64,000 nt of DNA from assembly GCA_030695905.1 (NCBI GenBank), contig JAUYOL010000001.1, positions 2,023-66,022 on the forward strand, given 5' to 3'. The stretch comes from Candidatus Omnitrophota bacterium. Its GTDB lineage: Bacteria; Omnitrophota; Gorgyraeia; 2-01-FULL-45-10. The position numbers and the translations under genes were made by a program. Each line of letters begins with the position of its first letter. Positions within the stretch are counted from its first letter, which is position 1. The notes under the pieces are model-generated. The model saw nothing but the letters and a program-made list of their open reading frames with translations, ran no database searches and was not told the DNA's origin. This document shows positions 29,756-38,837 of this stretch, piece by piece.

Positions 29756-30790
29756 CTAAAATTGTCTTAGCATCCTTATGTCATTTTCAAAAAACATTCT
29801 TATGTCTGTGATACCATACTTTAATATAGCTATTCTCTCCACGCCCATGCCAAACGCGAAGCCTGTAACTTTTTCCGGGTTGTAACCTACATTCTTAAAT
29901 ACTTTGGGGTTTACCATGCCTGCGCCCAATATTTCGAGCCACCCATTGCCTGCGCATAGGCTGCATTTTTCTTGACCTTTGACCCTTGACCCTTGACCCT
30001 CGCATAATATGCACGAAATATCCACCTCGGCGCTTGGTTCAGTAAACGGAAAGAAGCTGGGGCGGAATCTCATCCTGGTCTTCTCACCAAACATCCTCTT
30101 GGCGAAAGTGATAAGGGCTCCTTTGAGATCGGAAAATTTTATATTTTCTCCGACCGCAAGGCCTTCAACCTGATGGAACATAAATGAGTGGGATGCGTCG
30201 GTAGCGTCGGGCCGGTAAACCTTGCCCGGTATGACTATCGCGAGCGGCCAGGGATTTTTTTCCATAAACCGCGCCTGCACCGGTGACGTGTGGCTCCTTA
30301 ATAACCATTTATCGGAAAGATAAAAGGTATCAAACGCGTCGCGCGACGGGTGTTCCAAGGGTATATTAAGGGCTTCAAAATTGTAATGCTCGTTCTCTAT
30401 CTCCGGCCCCTCAACGACTTTAAACCCAAGCGATACGAATACATCGCAAATTTGACTTATTGTCTGTGAGATAAGATGGGTGGCGCCTAATTCCGCCGGG
30501 ATACCGGGAAGTGTTATATCGACTTTCTCCAGTTTCGCGCCGCCGGTTGCGGACGCGCCTTGCGCCTTCTCATCAAGCGCTTTCGTAACATCGCTCTTCA
30601 GCGCGTTAATAAGCTGCCCGACCTCTCCTTTTTGCTCGGGCGGAACCTGCCCCATCATTTTAAATAATTCTGTGATAAGGCCTTTTCGCCCCAAATATTT
30701 TATACGTAGTTTTTCTACAGCATCGCTATCTGAAGCGGCGCCTATGTCAGCGAGCGCATTGGTCTTAAGATCTTTGATTTTTTCTTTCAC
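29756..30790 (-). CDS. pheS: Phenylalanine--tRNA ligase alpha subunit
   Basis: LRSHTSPVQ, FHQVEG, FPFTEPS, GFAFGMGVER. Confidence 0.97.
   Translation of the reverse strand: MKEKIKDLKTNALADIGAASDSDAVEKLRIKYLGRKGLITELFKMMGQVPPEQKGEVGQLINALKSDVTKALDEKAQGASATGGAKLEKVDITLPGIPAELGATHLISQTISQICDVFVSLGFKVVEGPEIENEHYNFEALNIPLEHPSRDAFDTFYLSDKWLLRSHTSPVQARFMEKNPWPLAIVIPGKVYRPDATDASHSFMFHQVEGLAVGENIKFSDLKGALITFAKRMFGEKTRMRFRPSFFPFTEPSAEVDISCILCEGQGSRVKGQEKCSLCAGNGWLEILGAGMVNPKVFKNVGYNPEKVTGFAFGMGVERIAILKYGITDIRMFFENDIRMLRQF
29972..29999. repeat. Heptamer tandem repeat (TTGACCY x4) inside pheS
   Basis: ttgacct ttgaccc ttgaccc ttgaccc. Confidence 0.85.
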
Positions 30791-30823
30791 CTATAAAATC
30801 CTTGCGACCCTAAAAAACTTATT

Positions 30824-31171
30824 TTACGCCTTAGCCATCTCTACAAGCCTACCAAATGCCTTCTTATCCGAAACAGCCAGTTCGGCAAGTATCTTTCTAT
30901 CGACAAGAACTTTCAGCTTTTTTAGCCCAGCCATAAATTTTGAATAAGAGATATCGTGTTCCCTGCACGCCGCGTTTATTCTGACTATCCAAAGTGAACG
31001 GAAGTCTCTTTTTTTGGCTTTCCTGTCTCTAAAAGCGTAGCTTCTTCCTTTTGCCACTGATTCCATAGCTCGACGGTAAAATCTGTGACGCCCGCCCCAC
31101 TGGCCTTCAGCAGCCTTAAGTATTCTTTTTCTGTGTCTTTTTGTCGCAACCGCGTGTTTTACTTTACTCAT
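30824..31171 (-). CDS. rplT: 50S ribosomal protein L20
   Basis: RDRKAKKRDFRSLWIVRINAA, DRKILAELAV. Confidence 0.97.
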   Translation of the reverse strand: MSKVKHAVATKRHRKRILKAAEGQWGGRHRFYRRAMESVAKGRSYAFRDRKAKKRDFRSLWIVRINAACREHDISYSKFMAGLKKLKVLVDRKILAELAVSDKKAFGRLVEMAKA

Positions 31172-31187
31172 TTCCCCTCCTCCTTAA

Positions 31188-31388
31188 TTACGCACCGTAA
31201 GGCAAAAGCAGTCTTATCGCTGAGCTGTCTGCCTTAGAGACGTACCCGGCCTTGCCAAGCTGTCTCTTGCGCTTAGACGCTTTCCCGCCCAATAGATGCC
31301 TTCTGCCTGCCTTCCAATGTTTAATCTTACCTCTTTTACTTATACGTATTCTTTTTTTGACACTTTTACTTGTCTTAAGTTTTGGCAT
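31188..31388 (-). CDS. rpmI: 50S ribosomal protein L35
   Basis: MPKLKT...LLPYG between infC and rplT. Confidence 0.95.
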   Translation of the reverse strand: MPKLKTSKSVKKRIRISKRGKIKHWKAGRRHLLGGKASKRKRQLGKAGYVSKADSSAIRLLLPYGA

Positions 31389-31412
31389 TGTATCGCCTCC
31401 TAAAGATTATAT

Positions 31413-31922
31413 TTATTTTGCCCTGATAATCATATTGATAAATCGGCCTTCGAGCCTTGGAGACTCCTCGATCTCTCCTATGCTTGAAATATCACTCGAC
31501 AACTTATCCAGGATCTTGCGGCCTAAATCGATATGCGCCATCTCTCTGCCTCTGAATATCATAGTAACCTTTACCTTGTCGCCTTTCTTCAGAAAGTCCT
31601 CGAGATGTCTTAGTTTAAATTGGTAATCGTGTTCGCCTATCTTGGGCCCCATGCGGATCTCTTTTATATGCACTACCTTCTGCTTTTTCCTGGCTTCCTT
31701 CTCCTTCTTTTCCTGTTCGTATTTATACCTGGAGTGGTCCATGATCCTGCAGACAGGCGGCACTGCGGTTGGAGCTATCTCCACCAAATCGAGCCCCACT
31801 TCCTCGGATTTTTTCAGCGCGTCCTGGATACTCATTACACCCAGCTGCTCGCCGCTATCACCAATAACTCTTACTTCTCTGGCCCTTATTCTATGGTTGA
31901 TTCGTATCTCTTTCTTAAAAAT
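31413..31922 (-). CDS. infC: Translation initiation factor IF-3, ATT start
   Basis: GGAGGT SD then in-frame ATT 31922 (IFKKEIRINHRIRAREVRVIG...); LDLVEIAP, PPVCRIMD, FRGRE. Confidence 0.93.
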   Translation of the reverse strand: MFKKEIRINHRIRAREVRVIGDSGEQLGVMSIQDALKKSEEVGLDLVEIAPTAVPPVCRIMDHSRYKYEQEKKEKEARKKQKVVHIKEIRMGPKIGEHDYQFKLRHLEDFLKKGDKVKVTMIFRGREMAHIDLGRKILDKLSSDISSIGEIEESPRLEGRFINMIIRAK

Positions 31923-31947
31923 ACTAAACCACCTCCCCTCTCGTTTT

Positions 31948-33663
31948 TTACCTGACCTTCTTTTCTATCTCTTCTTTTATTCTCTCCACAAATTCGCTTA
32001 ATTTCATTCTGCCGATATCGCCCTGCGCCTTCGATCTTACAGAGATCATCCCTATGGACTCTTCTTTTTCTCCGATAACTATCATATAGGGTATCTTTTC
32101 CATTTCCGCGTCACGCACCTTTTTCTGCAACCTTTCATTTCTGAAATCTATGTCCACGCGAATGTCCAGGCCCATAAGCGTCTTTCTTATATTTTCGGCG
32201 TATACACTCGCCTTGTCCGAAACCGGTATTATTATGCATTGGACCGGCGCGAGCCATAAAGGCATTGCCCCCGCGAAATGCTCTATCAGGGCCCCCATAA
32301 ACCTTTCAAGACTGCCGAGTATGACGCGATGCAGCATTATCGGGCGGTATTCTTTGCCGTCCTGCCCTATATATTTCAGGTCAAACCTTTCGGGTAGCGC
32401 AAAGTCGCATTGTATAGTCGCGCATTGCCACTCTCTTTTTAGCGCATCTTTTAATTTTATATCTATCTTGGGGCCATAAAACGCGCCCTCGCCCTCATTT
32501 ATCTCGTAATTCAATTGTTTTTTCTTCAGAGAATTGATAAGTGCCGCCTGCGCTAGTTCCCAGTCCTCATCCGTGCCGATAGACTTTTCCGGCCTCGTAG
32601 AAACTTCTATCGAAAAATCATCAAATCCAAACGCGTTCAGCGTATCTATGACGAAGTCTATGACATTAACGATTTCGTCTTCAACCTGGTCCTTTAAACA
32701 AAATATATGCGCGTCGTCCTGGGTAAAACCCCTGACACGCAGAAGGCCGTGCAGGACTCCTGATTTCTCATTTCTATAAACGGTGCCGAGTTCAAAAAAC
32801 TTTAGAGGCAGGTCCTTATAGCTCCTGGTCTTGGACTTGTACACCATTATATGATTGGGACAATTCATAGGCTTAATGGCATACTCCTGCTTCTCTATCT
32901 TGAACATGTACATATTCTCTTTGTAATAATCGTAGTGGCCGCTTTTAATCCACACGTCACTTTTAAGTATGTGCGGGCCTATTACAAGTTCATACCCCCG
33001 TCTTAGGTGTTCGTTTCTTATATATTCTTCGATCAGCGTCCTAAGCCTCGCGCCCTTGGGGTGATATAATACGAGCCCCGGGCCCATTTCATCGCTTAAG
33101 CTAAAATATTCAAGTTGCTTGCCAAGGACTCTGTGGTCTCTCTTCTTGGCTTCCTCGATCATCTTTATATAATTTTCCAGATCTTTTTGCGTCGGGAATG
33201 CCGTGCCATATATACGCTGCAGCATAGGATTTGTCTCTATGCCGTGCCAATAAGCGCCGGCTACGGAAAGAAGCTTAAACGCTTTTATCTCACCTGTGGA
33301 GTGTATATGCGGCCCGCGGCAGAGATCTACAAAATCCCCGTTTTTGTATAATGAAACTGTATCCCCAGGGATCTTTTCTATTAATTCTATCTTGTACTTC
33401 TCGTCCATTTTTTTAAAAAGTTTTAACGCTTCTTTTTTGCTTATTTCTTCTCTCTCAAAAAGATAGTCTTTTTTTACAATATCGCGCATCTTCGTTTCTA
33501 TCTTATTGATATCGTCAGGAGAGAATGGTTCTTCGCGCTCAAAGTCGTAATAGAATCCGTCCTCTATCGACGGGCCTATGCCCAATTTAGCGTCGGGCCA
33601 CAAGATTTTGACTGCCTGCGCCATAACATGTGCCGTACTATGTCTTAGTGCGTCTAAGTCCAC
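31948..33663 (-). CDS. thrS: Threonine--tRNA ligase (no N-terminal TGS domain)
   Basis: LRHSTAHVMAQA, DLCRGPH, RDHR, KPMNCP, GAFYGPKID. Confidence 0.97.
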   Translation of the reverse strand: MDLDALRHSTAHVMAQAVKILWPDAKLGIGPSIEDGFYYDFEREEPFSPDDINKIETKMRDIVKKDYLFEREEISKKEALKLFKKMDEKYKIELIEKIPGDTVSLYKNGDFVDLCRGPHIHSTGEIKAFKLLSVAGAYWHGIETNPMLQRIYGTAFPTQKDLENYIKMIEEAKKRDHRVLGKQLEYFSLSDEMGPGLVLYHPKGARLRTLIEEYIRNEHLRRGYELVIGPHILKSDVWIKSGHYDYYKENMYMFKIEKQEYAIKPMNCPNHIMVYKSKTRSYKDLPLKFFELGTVYRNEKSGVLHGLLRVRGFTQDDAHIFCLKDQVEDEIVNVIDFVIDTLNAFGFDDFSIEVSTRPEKSIGTDEDWELAQAALINSLKKKQLNYEINEGEGAFYGPKIDIKLKDALKREWQCATIQCDFALPERFDLKYIGQDGKEYRPIMLHRVILGSLERFMGALIEHFAGAMPLWLAPVQCIIIPVSDKASVYAENIRKTLMGLDIRVDIDFRNERLQKKVRDAEMEKIPYMIVIGEKEESIGMISVRSKAQGDIGRMKLSEFVERIKEEIEKKVR

Positions 33664-33684
33664 TTATCACCCTACGTCTTTAAT

Positions 33685-33770
33685 TGGTGGGCAAGGAGGG
33701 AGTTGAACCCTCACGACCTTGCGGCCAAAGGATTTTAAGTCCTTCGTGTATGCCATTCCACCACTTGCCC
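33685..33770 (-). tRNA. tRNA-Leu(TAA)
   Basis: GGGCAAG acceptor, AAGGA-CT-TAA-AA-TCCTT anticodon arm, long variable arm, encoded CCA. Confidence 0.93.
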
Positions 33771-33786
33771 ACACAATTTGCTTTTA

Positions 33787-33863
33787 TGGTGGACGCGACA
33801 GGACTTGAACCTGTGACCCCTTCCATGTCAAGGAAGTGCTCTAGCCAACTGAGCTACGCGTCC
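33787..33863 (-). tRNA. tRNA-Val(GAC)
   Basis: GGACGCG acceptor, CTTCC-TT-GAC-AT-GGAAG, GGTTCAAG T-arm, CCA. Confidence 0.95.
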
Positions 33864-33883
33864 ATCATCCTGCTTCATAAATT

Positions 33884-33958
33884 TGGAGGCGCGGAGCGGA
33901 ATTGAACCGCTGTATAGGAGTTTTGCAGACTCCTGCCTTACCGCTTGGCTACCGCGCC
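33884..33958 (-). tRNA. tRNA-Cys(GCA)
   Basis: GGCGCGG acceptor, GGAGT-CT-GCA-AA-ACTCC, U discriminator, CCA. Confidence 0.95.
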
Positions 33959-34402
33959 CTATCTCGGCTTACCGGCGGTGCTCTGCACCCACTCCACAGA
34001 GCCGTTAACCCTTACAAGGTTACGGCCGAGCTTGCCGTGGTTGCCATCCTTATCGTAAAGGATGACTTCCGTCCCGCTGGAAGATTCTGTAAGACCGCTA
34101 ATATATTCATAACTTGCTTCTTCGGTCGTGCCTCTTACAGAGCCTGCCGGACAATCAAAGATCTTTTCTTTCTTAATATATTCCGGATATAATTGCGTTA
34201 AAGAACCGGGGAATGTTTCATCGTGATCCGCCGCGTACATATGCAGCCCAAGGCTCACCATCCGCGCGTTATTCGAGCATTTTATAATATTGGATCGTTC
34301 CTTCATTTTATTGACGAGCGGAGTAAGCGCGGCGAACGTAAGTGTAAATATAACCACCACTATCAACAGCTCTACTAATGTTACCGCCCTATTTGCTCTC
34401 AT
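33959..34402 (-). CDS. Prepilin-type N-terminal cleavage/methylation protein (PVC DUF1559-like)
   Basis: RAVTLVELLIVVVI, KCSNNARM, MYAADH, FDCP, HG..GRN..VNGSV. Confidence 0.75.
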   Translation of the reverse strand: MRANRAVTLVELLIVVVIFTLTFAALTPLVNKMKERSNIIKCSNNARMVSLGLHMYAADHDETFPGSLTQLYPEYIKKEKIFDCPAGSVRGTTEEASYEYISGLTESSSGTEVILYDKDGNHGKLGRNLVRVNGSVEWVQSTAGKPR

Positions 34403-35046
34403 GCTCTATTTCCCGCCCCAAGCTTCAAAGCCTTGTCTATAATCATTCCGGCCAGTTCCTTTTTTGACTTATTGTGTATTCTGGCCTTATTCCCAAACTT
34501 ATCTACAGTGACCACATCTATTGCCTTATCGCCGAAGATGTTAGATTTTCCCGCGAGCCTGTTCGCTACGATAAGATCCAGATTTTTGTCTTTTAATTTT
34601 TTGAGCGCGTTTCTTTCCAGGTTCTCGGTTTCGAGCGCAAACCCAACTGCTATCCTATTTCTCTTTTTTGCGCCCAGCTCGGCTAATATGTCCGGAGTTT
34701 CTATCAATTCTATCGTCTTTTTGGGACTTTTCTTTATCTTCCTCTTCGCGGAATATATCGGACGCCAATCCGCGACAGCGGCCGTCATCACGACACAATC
34801 GGCTTTCCTAAATTCATCGAGAACCGCGCGCCTCATATCGAGCGAGCTCTCCACGCTAATAAACTTTACACCCGATGGAGCTTTTAAGGCCGTTGGCCCG
34901 CTTATAAGCGTCACCGTAAGCCCGCGCCGTTTCGCCTCTTTAGCGATTTCGTACCCGAATACTCCTGTAGAATAATTTGATATGAACCTTACCGGATCGA
35001 TTCTTTCCCTGGTCGGCCCCGCCGCGACAAGAATTCTTTTAATCAT
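34399..35046 (-). CDS. coaB: Phosphopantothenate--cysteine ligase (CoaB, standalone)
   Basis: AGPTRERIDPVRFISNYSTG, AAVAD, VGFALET, IVAN. Confidence 0.9.
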   Translation of the reverse strand: MIKRILVAAGPTRERIDPVRFISNYSTGVFGYEIAKEAKRRGLTVTLISGPTALKAPSGVKFISVESSLDMRRAVLDEFRKADCVVMTAAVADWRPIYSAKRKIKKSPKKTIELIETPDILAELGAKKRNRIAVGFALETENLERNALKKLKDKNLDLIVANRLAGKSNIFGDKAIDVVTVDKFGNKARIHNKSKKELAGMIIDKALKLGAGNRA

Positions 35047-35585
35047 CTTCTGACGAGCTTCTTTACTTCTTTAACTACATCTTCTGTACAGGATATGTGG
35101 CCGATGGCATCATGGCCACACGCAAGATGCCCTTTAATTGGGCCGACAAATGAATAGCCCACTTTTTTAAGCTTTGCTATATTTTCCTGCAGTATAGCGT
35201 GATTATACATTTTTTCGTTCATCGCCGGCGCTATTAGTATCGGCGCCTTTGTAGCATAGACAACACATGTTAAAAGGTCATCACATATGCCGCCGGCTAA
35301 CTTGCCTATAACATTTGCGGTGGCCGGCGCTATGAGAACTAATGACGCGCTGTCTGCCAGTGATGTATGCACCGGTTCCCATTTTTGCGGAGGCTCAAAC
35401 ATGTCGGTGAATACTTTGTTGCCCGACAGCGCCTGTAAAGTAAGCGGAGTAATAAAATTGGCGCCTTCTTTTGTAAGTATAACCTTTACATCGAACAACG
35501 ATTTCTTTAGCGCGCTTACTATCTCACACGCCCTGTATGCCGCTATACTGCCCGTAACTCCTACTATTATCGTTTTTGGCGTCAC
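35043..35585 (-). CDS. coaC: Phosphopantothenoylcysteine decarboxylase (CoaC, standalone)
   Basis: GVTGSIAAY, APATAN, APAMN, LACG. Confidence 0.9.
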   Translation of the reverse strand: MTPKTIIVGVTGSIAAYRACEIVSALKKSLFDVKVILTKEGANFITPLTLQALSGNKVFTDMFEPPQKWEPVHTSLADSASLVLIAPATANVIGKLAGGICDDLLTCVVYATKAPILIAPAMNEKMYNHAILQENIAKLKKVGYSFVGPIKGHLACGHDAIGHISCTEDVVKEVKKLVRR

Positions 35586-35785
35586 TTTACCTCTTTGATT
35601 TTATATTCGACCTTGCCGGCAAGTATTTCATCCAGCGCAACGTGCGCGGGTTTGGTGTCCACAGGATCATCAACCAGCTTCTGTGCCCCGTCGGCAAGTT
35701 CTATCGCGCGCCGTGAGGCTAAGATAGTAAGTTTATAAATAGAGTGCGTCTTATCGAGCAGCTTATCCATCGGTATGTCCTGCAT
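35582..35785 (-). CDS. rpoZ: RNA polymerase omega subunit
   Basis: SIYKLTILASRRA, ALDEI; gmk-rpoZ-coa synteny. Confidence 0.9.
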   Translation of the reverse strand: MQDIPMDKLLDKTHSIYKLTILASRRAIELADGAQKLVDDPVDTKPAHVALDEILAGKVEYKIKEVK

Positions 35786-36356
35786 TTAGAGTCTCCTTCT
35801 TTATTATGTTTTTGAGCTTTCTGCAGGCCGTATCGAGCCTGTCATTTACTACTACGTAATCGTATCTTCCTTTATATTTAATTTCATGCTTCGCTATCTT
35901 CAGCCTGTTAGATATAGAATGCGCCGGGTCGGTCATTCTTGATTCAAGCCGTTTTTTAAGCACCCCCAGCGTGGGCGGCATTATGAATATCAATACACTT
36001 TTGCCAGGATAAAGCGCGCTTATCCTGGCCGCGCCCTTTACATCTATGCTCAAAAGAACGTTCTTGCCCTTCGCCAGCAGGTTCTCGACAAATTTTTTAG
36101 GCGTTCCGTAAAAATAACCGAAATTCTCCTCGTTCTCTAAAAATTCTTTCCTCTTCGCCATCGCGCGAAACTCTTCCAGCGAGACGAAAAAATAGTCCTT
36201 CCCTTCGATTTCGCCTGGACGGGGAGGACGAGTGGTGACTGACACCGAGTGGCTTAAATTTAATTTGTGCCGCAAGAGCTTCTTGCACAAGGTCGTCTTG
36301 CCGCAACCGGAAGGAGCGGAGACTATAAAAAGTTTTCCCTCGCGCATAGAGTGCAT
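35763..36356 (-). CDS. gmk: Guanylate kinase
   Basis: SAPSGCGKTT, TTRPPRPGEIEGKDYFF, YGTP. Confidence 0.95.
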   Translation of the reverse strand: MHSMREGKLFIVSAPSGCGKTTLCKKLLRHKLNLSHSVSVTTRPPRPGEIEGKDYFFVSLEEFRAMAKRKEFLENEENFGYFYGTPKKFVENLLAKGKNVLLSIDVKGAARISALYPGKSVLIFIMPPTLGVLKKRLESRMTDPAHSISNRLKIAKHEIKYKGRYDYVVVNDRLDTACRKLKNIIKKETLNAGHTDG

Positions 36357-37234
36357 TATTCTATATTCTTCGCTTGTTCGCGTATCTTTTCGATTTCGCT
36401 CTTTATCTCTATGACGTTCTTTGATATCTTAAAGTCGCTCGATTTTGAGCCTATCGTATTTGTCTCTCTGTGCAATTCCTGGGCGATAAAATCTATCTTC
36501 TTTCCGGCCTCGCCATTAAGGGCCATCGTCCTTTTAAAATTCGCCAGATGATTCTTAAGCCGCGCGATCTCCTCGGATATGTCGCTATTTTTCGCGAATA
36601 TCGCCACTTCCATCTCAAGCCTGCCCTTGTCTATATTGTGGCCGCTGGTCAAATCTTTGACTCTCTCGGCAAATCTTTCTCTGTATTCCTTGATATTAAG
36701 ATGCGCCCTGGATTTTATTTCGGTAAGCATCTTAACTATATTATCTACTCTCTTACACAGATCGCGATATGTGGCATGGCCTTCTTTTTCCCTGTCTACG
36801 ACTAATCTGCCAAGCGCCAATAACAGGGCTTTTTCCACCTTCGGCCATAAACTCGTCAGCCCTTCTTGTGTTACTTCATAATTTATTACGCCCGGCAAAG
36901 CAACCATGTCCTTCATGCCAAGCGAATCTTCGAAACCGAGATGTTTCTTCAGGCTCAAAAGACCCGTATAATAACTCTTTGCCAATTTTTTATTTATTGT
37001 TATTATCTCTTCTTTAGAGACCTTGTTATCGTAAATTATACTTACGTTTACCTTGCCCCTTTGTATCTTCTTTTGTAAAACTTCTTTTATTCTATCCTCA
37101 AACGGCATCACCACTTCGGGAAGTTTAAGGCTGGCATCAAAAAATTTATGATTAACGGTCTTTATCTCGACTATTATTTCGCCGCCTTTAAACTTTACTC
37201 CCGCCTTGCCGAATCCTGTCATCGACTTAATCAC
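36356..37234 (-). CDS. YicC/YloC family endoribonuclease
   Basis: GTG start 37234 (VIKSMTGFG), DISEEIARL, GKKIDFIAQELHRETNTIGSK. Confidence 0.92.
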   Translation of the reverse strand: MIKSMTGFGKAGVKFKGGEIIVEIKTVNHKFFDASLKLPEVVMPFEDRIKEVLQKKIQRGKVNVSIIYDNKVSKEEIITINKKLAKSYYTGLLSLKKHLGFEDSLGMKDMVALPGVINYEVTQEGLTSLWPKVEKALLLALGRLVVDREKEGHATYRDLCKRVDNIVKMLTEIKSRAHLNIKEYRERFAERVKDLTSGHNIDKGRLEMEVAIFAKNSDISEEIARLKNHLANFKRTMALNGEAGKKIDFIAQELHRETNTIGSKSSDFKISKNVIEIKSEIEKIREQAKNIE

Positions 37235-37248
37235 GATTATCCCCCGCC

Positions 37249-37746
37249 CTATGCCCAAACAAGTTTTTCTACGCTCTTTTTCGCCGTCTTCGTCGGATAG
37301 AGATCCACTATTATCTCCTCCGGCTCGAACCATAGCTTTATTTCGCGCTCCGATTCCTCCGGATTGGTAGAGGCATGTATAACATTTTCATAAACGCCTT
37401 TTGTTGTTATGCGGCCGTAAGCGCCTCTTATCGAAACGGGATCGGCCTCTTCCGGGTTTGTCGCACCGCAGATATCTCTCACTTTCTTTATCGCGTCCTC
37501 TCCCCAGTATACCAGGGCCATTACTTTCTTCTTGTGGTACTCGCCCATTATATACCTTAGCAGCTCCGGGAAGAACGGCTTATCTTTAAGAAAGATATAG
37601 TGGTTCTCCGCGAGCTCTTGTGAAACCTTTACTATTCTCGCCCCTACGATTTCAAGCTTGGTCTCTGAAAGGCGTGTCAAAATATTGCCCGTAAGAGACT
37701 TCTTTAACCCATCCGGCTTTATCAAAACAAGTGTGGCTTGTTCCAT
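37249..37746 (-). CDS. ndk: Nucleoside-diphosphate kinase
   Basis: TLVLIKPDG, GATNP, SIRG, NVIHAS. Confidence 0.93.
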   Translation of the reverse strand: MEQATLVLIKPDGLKKSLTGNILTRLSETKLEIVGARIVKVSQELAENHYIFLKDKPFFPELLRYIMGEYHKKKVMALVYWGEDAIKKVRDICGATNPEEADPVSIRGAYGRITTKGVYENVIHASTNPEESEREIKLWFEPEEIIVDLYPTKTAKKSVEKLVWA

Positions 37747-37838
37747 AATATCCCCTTATCTATTATGATTCATTGGTACGCTTTTAGGTAAATATTGTAT
37801 TTAACTATAATTTGGATTGTTTGTCAACTGTAAACGGT

Positions 37839-37960
37839 CTACTTCGCAATCGACTATCATTAAATCGTATGCTTCGTAGAACCTGTCCCTACGAAGCTCA
37901 AAGCTGACCTGCCTCTTCGTAGCTTTAGCGAAGAAGGGAAAGCTTTGAGCGAAGTAGGAC
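37839..37960. repeat. Cluster of nested REP-like palindromic elements
   Basis: CTACTTCGC...GCTTCGTAG, then CCTACGAAGCTCAAAGC...GCTTTGAGCGAAGTAGG enclosing CTCTTCGTAGCTTTAGCGAAGAAGGG. Confidence 0.7.
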
Positions 37961-37976
37961 GGAAGATTGACTGACC

Positions 37977-38837
37977 CTATGCCTTATTGGATGTTATCAG
38001 GCCCAATATCCTATTTAGGTCTTCCACAGAGTAATATTCTATCTGGATGGTTCCGCGTTTTTTGCCGTGGCATATCTTTACACGCGTGCCGAGCACATGC
38101 TGCAGTTGATTTGCTATATCATCGAGGCCGGCATCTTTTTTAACTTCCCTTTTCTTAGCGCCGGAGGTTCTTCTCGATACCAATTTTTCCGCTTCCCGGA
38201 CAGACAGCCCTTTATTTATTATCAGGTTGCACACCCTGTACTGCTCATTTTCCGTCGGAAGAGTAAGCAGCGCCCTGGCATGCCCTGCCGTGATAGAATT
38301 TTTCGATACATAATCCTGGATCTTTTTCGGTAACGACAATAATCTTATGATATTAGACACTGTCGACTTATCCTTGCCTAAAACCTGGGCTATCTTATCC
38401 TGCGTAAAATTAAACTCCTTGACGAATCTTTCAAAGGCGGTTGCTTCTTCTATCGGGTTCAACTCCTCCCGCTGTATATTCTCTATCAGGGCGATTTCGA
38501 GCATATCTATATCATTAACTTCTTTCACGATCGCCGGTATATTTTCCATATTCAAACGCTTCGCCGCCCTAAACCTTCTTTCTCCGGCAATAAGTTCATA
38601 GCCGTCCTGGGATTTCCTGACCAGTACGGGCTGTATTACGCCTTTTTCCTGTATCGATTTTACAAGATCATTTAACTTTTCTTCGTTAAATTGAACTCGC
38701 GGCTGATATTTGTTTGTCTTAATATCTTTCAACGAGATGTTCATAACTTTTTCTTGTTTTTCTGTGTCAACAAAAACTACCTCTCTTGGTGGAATAAGCG
38801 CGCCCAGACCTCTGCCTAAAGCTCTCTTTTCTATCAT
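37977..38837 (-). CDS. parB: Chromosome partitioning protein ParB
   Basis: LGRGLGALI, YQPR, AGERRFRA, ENIQREELNPIEEA, GHARALL. Confidence 0.95.
   Translation of the reverse strand: MIEKRALGRGLGALIPPREVVFVDTEKQEKVMNISLKDIKTNKYQPRVQFNEEKLNDLVKSIQEKGVIQPVLVRKSQDGYELIAGERRFRAAKRLNMENIPAIVKEVNDIDMLEIALIENIQREELNPIEEATAFERFVKEFNFTQDKIAQVLGKDKSTVSNIIRLLSLPKKIQDYVSKNSITAGHARALLTLPTENEQYRVCNLIINKGLSVREAEKLVSRRTSGAKKREVKKDAGLDDIANQLQHVLGTRVKICHGKKRGTIQIEYYSVEDLNRILGLITSNKA

Noticed and set aside
33684-34192. + strand ORFs over the tRNA cluster
   Set aside because: Translations of antisense tRNA sequence
37839-37960. CRISPR array or tRNA
   Set aside because: No regular repeat-spacer periodicity, no cas genes, no cloverleaf
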